Below, piece by piece: positions 10,148-15,823 of a DNA stretch of 44,292 nucleotides. Each line of letters starts with the position of its first letter. Within the stretch, counting starts at the first letter, position 1. The translations under genes and the position numbers were made by a program. This DNA is from an uncultured Bacteroidales bacterium (GTDB taxonomy: Bacteria > Bacteroidota > Bacteroidia > Bacteroidales > Paludibacteraceae): assembly GCA_946619625.1 (NCBI GenBank), contig CAMOMF010000084.1, positions 1 to 44,292 on the forward strand. The letters run 5' to 3'. Below the pieces are notes generated by a model that had not been told where the DNA came from, searched no databases, and worked only from the letters and a program-made list of their open reading frames with translations.

Positions 10148-10200
10148 TCTCTAAATCTTTCGTTACACATCGTATATATAATATATAGGGTCTAAGAGAA

Positions 10201-11820
10201 TTACTTCAATTTGTCGAAATAAACCCGAATGTAGCCGGAGTTGCGCTGGCGGTGCAGCAGGTAGTCGCGGATATATTCGAACACCCAACCGTTGTTCAAG
10301 CTGCGTATTCGCTGTTCGCGCTTAGCCGGATTGGGCTCTTCGCGGATGATTTGCAGAACTTTGTCCTTCAGTTGGTAGTTGCTCTGCTCGAGCATCCATG
10401 TAATCTCCGCCCAGCCTTCGCCGCCGTTGTTGACCTCGAAGAGGGAGTCAGGCACGTCCACGTGCGATTGTATATATTGTTTGAGCGCGTCTGCCCGGGC
10501 ACCTGCCAGTTGGTTGTTGTGGAGGGTAGGACCTTCGAAAGAGGCGAAGCCCACAATCTGTATCATCCTCATCTCGGTCAGGGTGTCCTGACGGAGAGCC
10601 GTCACGATCTGCACGATGCTGTCGAGGATGACGCCATTGCCGGCGAAGTCGCGTTTCAGGACGGTGCTGTCCAGTTCGAAATAGACGTAGAGCGCATCGC
10701 TGTCACGCGCGAGAACCATGTCCGAGGAGTACGGCCGGTACTCGCTGAAGGGGTGCAGGATACGGCTTTTCAGGCGCTCGGGGGCAGACAGAGGTGCCGG
10801 CTCCGCCACGGGAGCAACGGGGATGACAGGCACGACGGTATCTTCGGGTCCGGCAGGCACGACAGGGATGACAGGTTCCACAGGACGGACAGAGGGGCTG
10901 TCCACACCCAGAAGGCTGTCGCCGCGGAGGGAGGCGATGGTGTCGGTTGTCTGCGCCAGTTCCTCCTCCTCTTTCCACTTGCGGCAGGGGCAGTCATCGT
11001 CATCGTTCTGAGGCAGGACAACACTGATGTTCACTCCCGCCTTAGGCACCGCGAACCACTTACGGGGCGAGTCGATAAGGGCACCGCAGTGGGGACACTC
11101 AAAGCGGTTAAACCACGCATAACCGGCATCAACGCCCGCCTCCAGTTCGAAAGCCACATGCTTGGACACGGGGAACGCCCAACCATAACTGACGCCCGCC
11201 ATCACAGCATCGCCCTGCAAGCGGTACTGCTTGACATCCGGATAGAGCCATCCGACAGGATAATTGCCCTTCGCCACATTGAAGTGCGTATAGTAAGCGT
11301 TCACGCCGATAAAATCACAACGGAAAGCACGGTTAAACCAATACTTGGCTTCGGCGCCCACAAGGACATGACGCCATTTATGCTCCACCTTGTCGTCCAA
11401 AGGCCAGGGGTTGAAACCCGCCTCTATCTGCAAGGTCCAATGTTTGCTCAGCCGCGCCTCAAGCGTGAGGTTGGGCGTCAGAGCGGCATCGTAAAGCAGG
11501 TTGTTCTTCAGGGCAAACCACGGCTTGCGTGCCTTGGCTGTATCTGCCGAGGCAACCGCACTGTCCATGGGGAGTTCGGCAGCCCGACCCGTCAGCGTCA
11601 GCAAACCCGGAGTGCCCGACAGAGCGCGCGTGAGCGAATCAACCAAACGACGCGCCTCTACGTCCGCCTCAGCAGCATTGTACCGGACCTGCTTATCGTA
11701 CAACGCAGATGTGCTCGCATGCGTGACGCACGAGAGACATATACTCAACATCCAAAGCAACAATGACCTTTTCACAATCACGCCGCCCCTTTCACCATGT
11801 GTACGATTATGGCTGAACAC
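10201..11820 (-). CDS. DUF3575-domain outer-membrane protein with OmpA-like C-terminal domain
   Basis: 539-aa ORF that begins with GTG; internal GTG starts are possible. The DUF3575 signature is WFALKNNLLYDAALTPNLTLEARLSKHWTLQIEAGFNPW...EAKYWF. A Pro-rich linker follows, and the OmpA-like end is IVGFASFEGPTLHNNQLAGARADALKQYI. Confidence 0.8.
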   Translation of the reverse strand: MFSHNRTHGERGGVIVKRSLLLWMLSICLSCVTHASTSALYDKQVRYNAAEADVEARRLVDSLTRALSGTPGLLTLTGRAAELPMDSAVASADTAKARKPWFALKNNLLYDAALTPNLTLEARLSKHWTLQIEAGFNPWPLDDKVEHKWRHVLVGAEAKYWFNRAFRCDFIGVNAYYTHFNVAKGNYPVGWLYPDVKQYRLQGDAVMAGVSYGWAFPVSKHVAFELEAGVDAGYAWFNRFECPHCGALIDSPRKWFAVPKAGVNISVVLPQNDDDDCPCRKWKEEEELAQTTDTIASLRGDSLLGVDSPSVRPVEPVIPVVPAGPEDTVVPVIPVAPVAEPAPLSAPERLKSRILHPFSEYRPYSSDMVLARDSDALYVYFELDSTVLKRDFAGNGVILDSIVQIVTALRQDTLTEMRMIQIVGFASFEGPTLHNNQLAGARADALKQYIQSHVDVPDSLFEVNNGGEGWAEITWMLEQSNYQLKDKVLQIIREEPNPAKREQRIRSLNNGWVFEYIRDYLLHRQRNSGYIRVYFDKLK

Positions 11821-11854
11821 AACCCTTTACGTGTATCTCATTTCATTAATTAAG

Positions 11855-11890
11855 TTGCAAAGTTAATACTTTTTTCTATAATATGCAAAT
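11855..11890 (-). promoter_or_regulatory. Bacteroidetes-type promoter cassette driving the pilus locus
   Basis: Minus strand: tttgcatattatagaaaaaagtattaactttgcaa. TTG is followed about 20 nt later by TAACTTTG (reverse complement of 11858-11865). Confidence 0.7.
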
Positions 11891-12316
11891 TTTTGTGGAG
11901 AATCTATCACCTTTTTCGCTATTTTTTACCAAAATTTCTCATTTTTGCCCAAAAATGATGATTTTTCAGAATGAACACGTACAAAAAATCACTCCTTATA
12001 ATATTAACGCGCGAAATTACCCCCCCCAGATTGTAATCTCATGAATTGCATAAAATCGGCTGATAAGGCACTACTTTCTTTTATTCCACCCAACAACACC
12101 CTATATTTCATAGTTCCATCCAACACACCCCACTCTCCTGTCATTGTTCCACCCTACACCCCTCTACTTTGTCATGACAAAACGCGTACAAGCAGTAATC
12201 GACCACTATAAAAGAATACCATTCTTGACCACACGCCCCCCCCCTCGAGCTGTTCCTTGTTAGCCCTTAGGGCGCTTGCTCTCCCCAAAAAAATCACACT
12301 TTTTTCACCCCAACCC

Positions 12317-12347
12317 TTGCATATGTCAAAAAAAAGTTGTAACTTTG
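12317..12347 (+). promoter_or_regulatory. Bacteroidetes-type promoter cassette
   Basis: ttgcatatgtcaaaaaaaagttgTAACTTTG, with the -7 box at 12340-12347. It overlaps the 25-bp palindrome GTAACTTTGCACCCGCAAACGTTAC (12339-12363). Confidence 0.75.
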
Positions 12348-12351
12348 CACC

Positions 12352-12460
12352 CGCAAACGTTACAACCCCCTTCGGGGTCCCCGACACGGCTATGCCGTGG
12401 TGGGGAGAGTGGAGGCAGAAATCGCTTTAACGAGACTGTAGTTTACGTAGGTCTCGTTCT
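12352..12460 (+). ncRNA. Candidate ~105-nt structured small RNA (or structured 5' leader)
   Basis: It starts a few nt after the -7 box. Three hairpins are visible by eye: 12365-12378; 12379-12405 (CCCCGACACGGC-UAU-GCCGUGGUGGGG); and 12431-12456 (CGAGAC...GUCUCG, followed by UUCU). There is no convincing ORF. Confidence 0.35.
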
Positions 12461-12486
12461 GTGCGACTTTCTTGCCGAACGCGAAG

Positions 12487-12494
12487 TAACTTTG
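12487..12494 (+). promoter_or_regulatory. Isolated -7 box (TAACTTTG, followed by CACCCC) 30 nt upstream of the small ORF
   Basis: gaagTAACTTTGcaccccgaaacg. No properly spaced TTG -33 element is visible. Confidence 0.4.
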
Positions 12495-12523
12495 CACCCC
12501 GAAACGTAAAAAAACGAGAAATC

Positions 12524-12784
12524 ATGAATGCTTTACAATTGAACACTAACATCTATCAGAGTTTGGGAATTATATCCGAGGATGAAAACGTACTGCGTAA
12601 GGCAGCAAAATACTTGTCCAATTTGGCCAAACAAGTGAAGCGCGATCCTACCCGCATGAGTGAGGACGAATACTTTGCTATGCTCGAGAAATCGGAGCAA
12701 CAGTATGCCCGCGGCGAATATGTTGTCCAGAAAGAGGGCGAGTCCGTCACAGAAATGCTAAAACGCTGCGGATATGACCTATGA
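12524..12784 (+). CDS. Small hypothetical protein (antitoxin-like helical protein, orphan)
   Basis: The ATG at 12524 lies in frame within ORF 12461..12784 and gives 86 aa (MNALQLNTNIYQSLGIISEDENVLRKAAKYLSNL...). Its N-terminus loosely resembles that of the putative antitoxin at 21655. Confidence 0.5.
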   Translation: MNALQLNTNIYQSLGIISEDENVLRKAAKYLSNLAKQVKRDPTRMSEDEYFAMLEKSEQQYARGEYVVQKEGESVTEMLKRCGYDL

Positions 12785-12854
12785 AAACACCGATTGGTAT
12801 ATCGCATCTTCGACACAGAGGTGGTTGTCCTCGTCTTAGCCGCCTACGGACACT

Positions 12855-14576
12855 ATGACGACAAATAATCCCACCTACATAGAACTCCTCGCACCTGCGA
12901 AAAACGCCGACATCGGACGCATCGCCATCGACGCCGGCGCGGACGCCGTCTACATCGGCGGACCCGCCTTCGGCGCACGAAAAGCCGCCGGCAACAGCCT
13001 CGAAGACATCGAAGCCCTCTGCCGCTACGCCCACATCTTCGGCGTCCGCGTCTTCGTCACCCTCAACACCCTACTCCGCCCCGACGAATACGACGAAGCC
13101 GTCCACCTCGCCTACGCATACCGGCGCATCGGCGTTGATGCCATCCTCATCCAAGACCTCTATCTGGCGCAAATATTACTCCAATCCGGCCATTTCGACC
13201 ACCTGCTCCACGCCTCCACCCAGTGCGACATCCGCAACCTCGAACGCGTGCAAGAGTTGGAAGCCATGGGCTTCCAACAGGTCGTATTGGCACGCGAACT
13301 CAGCATCAACGACATACGCCATATCCGCGAGCACACCCACGTGGCACTCGAAGCCTTCGTCCACGGCGCGCTCTGTGTCAGTTACTCCGGAGCCTGCTAC
13401 CTCAGCGAAGCCACATGCGGGCGAAGCGCCAACCGCGGCGAGTGCGCACAGATGTGCCGGCTCACCTACGATGTGCTCGACGGGGACATGCACGAGATGC
13501 TGCATCAGCAGCATGTCCTCTCCCTCCTCGACCTCGACCGCAGCGCACACCTCCGGCAACTCCTCGACGCCGGCGTCACCACACTCAAGATAGAAGGGCG
13601 ACTCAAGGATGCCGACTACGTGCGCAACGTCGTTGCCTATTACCGCCAACACTTAGACGCACTCTTCGCCGCATCCAACGGAAGATATGCGCAGTCCTCA
13701 CATGGCAAGACTCACATCCGTTTCACCCCCGACCCCGCCAAGACCTTCCACCGAGGCGCCACGGAGTATTTCTCTTTCTTTTCCGACGGCGACAGCCCCG
13801 ACCGGCGACCGCGACCCATGGTCAACATGCTCACCCCCAAATCCACCGGCGAGTACCTCGGCACAGCCCCGATAAAAGACAGCTGGAACCTCCACAACGG
13901 AGACGGACTCGTAGCCGGCAACCAAGGGTTCTACTGGCCCTCCCGGGTGAACATACCCACAGGAACACCCGTCTATCGCACCTACAACGCCGACTTCCAA
14001 CGACAACTGTCCGCCAAAGATGCCACCCGCCGCGTCCTCCCCATCCGCCTCACCCTCGCCGAAACCGCCGATGGTTTCTCCCTGACCATAGAGCCCATTC
14101 AACCAGCCCGACCAACCACCCCCGTCTCCCTCTCCTTCACCGCCGACAAAATTCCTGCCACCAATGCCGAACGCGCCGAGGCGGTCGTCCGTCAGCAACT
14201 CACCAAACTCGGAGACACACCCTTCGAAGCCGTAGAAACAGCCATCCGCTGGTCTCAGCCCTGTTTTCTTCCCGCCGCCACACTCAACGCATGGCGCCGC
14301 ACCGCCACCGACACCCTTCTCCAATCCCTCACCCTTCACCATGAGCCCTTAACCCCTAACCATGAACCCTTAACCCTTAACCATGAACCCTTAACCCTTA
14401 ACCATGCACCCTTAATGACCTGCCGCTACTGCCTCCTCTACGAGATGAACCGCTGCAAGCGCCTTCATCCCGGTCAAGACGCCATCCCCACCTACCTACG
14501 CCGCGGCAACCTCCTCCTCCGCATCCGCACCGACTGCAACCGCTGCCTAATGACCCTGCACCCCACCCAATCATAA
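12855..14576 (+). CDS. Peptidase U32 family protein (PrtC / RlhA / UbiU-like Fe-S protein)
   Basis: 573 aa. The N-terminus ELLAPAKNADIGRIAIDAGADAVYIGGPAFGARK is typical of U32. The conserved Cys cluster is HGALCVSYSGACYLSEATCGRSANRGECAQMCR. Confidence 0.85.
   Translation: MTTNNPTYIELLAPAKNADIGRIAIDAGADAVYIGGPAFGARKAAGNSLEDIEALCRYAHIFGVRVFVTLNTLLRPDEYDEAVHLAYAYRRIGVDAILIQDLYLAQILLQSGHFDHLLHASTQCDIRNLERVQELEAMGFQQVVLARELSINDIRHIREHTHVALEAFVHGALCVSYSGACYLSEATCGRSANRGECAQMCRLTYDVLDGDMHEMLHQQHVLSLLDLDRSAHLRQLLDAGVTTLKIEGRLKDADYVRNVVAYYRQHLDALFAASNGRYAQSSHGKTHIRFTPDPAKTFHRGATEYFSFFSDGDSPDRRPRPMVNMLTPKSTGEYLGTAPIKDSWNLHNGDGLVAGNQGFYWPSRVNIPTGTPVYRTYNADFQRQLSAKDATRRVLPIRLTLAETADGFSLTIEPIQPARPTTPVSLSFTADKIPATNAERAEAVVRQQLTKLGDTPFEAVETAIRWSQPCFLPAATLNAWRRTATDTLLQSLTLHHEPLTPNHEPLTLNHEPLTLNHAPLMTCRYCLLYEMNRCKRLHPGQDAIPTYLRRGNLLLRIRTDCNRCLMTLHPTQS
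14337..14415 (+). repeat. In-frame 21-bp tandem repeat (about 3.75 copies) inside the U32 CDS
   Basis: Units: caccatgagcccttaacccct / aaccatgaacccttaaccctt (two identical copies) / aaccatgcacccttaa. They encode HHEPLTP NHEPLTL NHEPLTL NHAPL. Confidence 0.9.
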
Positions 14577-14639
14577 TTGTCAAATCGTAAAATATAAAAA
14601 TAAATTGTAAAATTGTAAATAGTCAAATCGTAAATAACC
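14577..14639 (+). repeat. AT-rich intergenic block with nested direct repeats
   Basis: gtcaaatcgtaaa occurs at 14579 and 14622, flanking aaattgtaaaattgtaaa. GTAAA occurs four times. The block fills the whole gap between the U32 stop and the PME start. Confidence 0.7.
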
Positions 14640-15755
14640 ATGCTTCTCACTCTCTTTGCTCTCATTCTCCACATTGCTGCCGGCGGCTCCGTCAACGCCG
14701 CACTCGACCAAGCACGCCAAGCCTACGCCGCCACAGGCGAGACCACCACGATCTACATCGCCCCCGGCGACTACGAAGAAGAACTCACCATCGACATCCC
14801 CGGGCTTCGTCTCATCAACGCCTCACCCACCCCCGACATTGAGGTCAGAGACGGCGGCGTACACATCAGCCCCAATGCCGTACGACTCACGTGGTACTAC
14901 GGGCACGGTTACCAGTACGCCTCGATGGGCAAGCGCTTCAACTACGGCGGCAAGCGCGAACGCCGCTGGAACGCCTCTACACTCGTCACCGCACCCGGCT
15001 TTTACGCCGAGAATATCATCTTCCAGAACAGTTTCAACCTCTACATCAGCGCCGCCGAAGCGCAGGACAGCCTGGTGGATATCTCCCAAGCCAAGACAGA
15101 CTGGACGCCCAACGAGCGACCCAAACGCATCATGCCCAACCGACCCAAAGACGCAGGTAACACCGACGTGCAGACACGTTTTTATCGCGAACGCGCCTCC
15201 GCACTCTCCTTCACCTCCGAGGCAAAGAACTGTCTCCTCCGCAACTGCCGTGTCACCGGCAGACAGGACGCTTTCTACGGCGACCATGGCGCAAGTGTGA
15301 CCGTACACGGCGGCGTCCTGGCGGGAGCCGTGGATTATATCTTCGGCGGACTCACGCTGGTGGTGCGCGAAGCACAACTGGTGGGTATGATCAGCGCCGA
15401 ACATAACGACGCCTGTTATATCGCCGCAGGAAGGGCTGCCACACCTGACAATCTGGCAAAACTGCCAAAAGAGAGCCGCGACAGCGTTCCCGAGGACGAA
15501 ATTGTTCAACATGGCATGATTTTTGTAGATTGTACAGTACGACATGCCACTACCGACGAACTGGTGCACCCGGGAAGCAAACCCATCTATCTGGCAAGAC
15601 CATGGCGCTGGTGGGGGGCAACTACGTTCACCAACGTACAGGCCGACGACGGAGTCCTCAGCGAACAACTATGGTCGCTCGGACTCACCAAGGGGCACCC
15701 CGCACCCTTCGTGCACGCTACAAGACACGACAACGACACGACAACGACACGATAA
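14640..15755 (+). CDS. Pectin methylesterase (carbohydrate esterase family 8)
   Basis: 371 aa. CE8 motifs: GRQDAFYG, GAVDYIFGG and YLARPWRWWG. The N-terminus is hydrophobic and signal-like. Confidence 0.8.
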   Translation: MLLTLFALILHIAAGGSVNAALDQARQAYAATGETTTIYIAPGDYEEELTIDIPGLRLINASPTPDIEVRDGGVHISPNAVRLTWYYGHGYQYASMGKRFNYGGKRERRWNASTLVTAPGFYAENIIFQNSFNLYISAAEAQDSLVDISQAKTDWTPNERPKRIMPNRPKDAGNTDVQTRFYRERASALSFTSEAKNCLLRNCRVTGRQDAFYGDHGASVTVHGGVLAGAVDYIFGGLTLVVREAQLVGMISAEHNDACYIAAGRAATPDNLAKLPKESRDSVPEDEIVQHGMIFVDCTVRHATTDELVHPGSKPIYLARPWRWWGATTFTNVQADDGVLSEQLWSLGLTKGHPAPFVHATRHDNDTTTTR

Positions 15756-15777
15756 CGACACGACAACGAACAAACAC
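15723..15777 (+). repeat. 11-bp tandem repeat (5 copies) spanning the PME stop codon
   Basis: agacacgacaa cgacacgacaa cgacacgaTAA cgacacgacaa cgaacaaacac. The stop (15753-15755) is a one-base variant of the repeat unit. Confidence 0.85.
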
Positions 15778-15823
15778 ACCTGCGGGCGAACAACGAACAA
15801 CAAACACAATATATTTATACAAC

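Noticed and set aside
10252-11766. 504-aa plus-strand ORF antisense to the DUF3575 gene. Similar antisense ORFs occur at 16193..16969, 28296..29756, 31862..32770, 35630..37252 and 42842..44224.
   Set aside because: In every case the opposite frame encodes a protein with strong family motifs (DUF3575, CE8, LruC, Pfp, ClpB, parvulin). The antisense products are Gly/Val/His/Arg-rich with no recognisable features.
11828-11982. Possible invertible promoter (phase-variation switch) for the pilus locus. The imperfect inverted repeat is ttacgtgtatctcatttc ... gaatgaacacgtac, flanking the 11855-11890 promoter.
   Set aside because: Only about 12 matching bases with a 3-nt gap are present. There is no tyrosine or serine recombinase gene in the window and no second promoter orientation signal. 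It is too weak to call without population read data.
13223-14344. 373-aa Arg/Pro-rich alternative-frame ORF inside the U32 gene.
   Set aside because: It lies on the same strand in the +1 frame of a well-supported CDS. Its composition (RPRPQRTPP...) is what frame-shifted GC-rich coding sequence yields, and it has no independent start signals.
14337-14415. Telomere-like CCCTTAA / GGGTTAA iterations.
   Set aside because: They form part of a 21-bp in-frame coding repeat inside a bacterial CDS, not a terminal heptamer array.
15530-15823. N-terminal 98-aa extension of the large PME ORF, overlapping the end of the preceding PME gene.
   Set aside because: The extension is Arg/Thr-rich repeat-derived sequence. 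A canonical signal peptide begins at the ATG at 15824.
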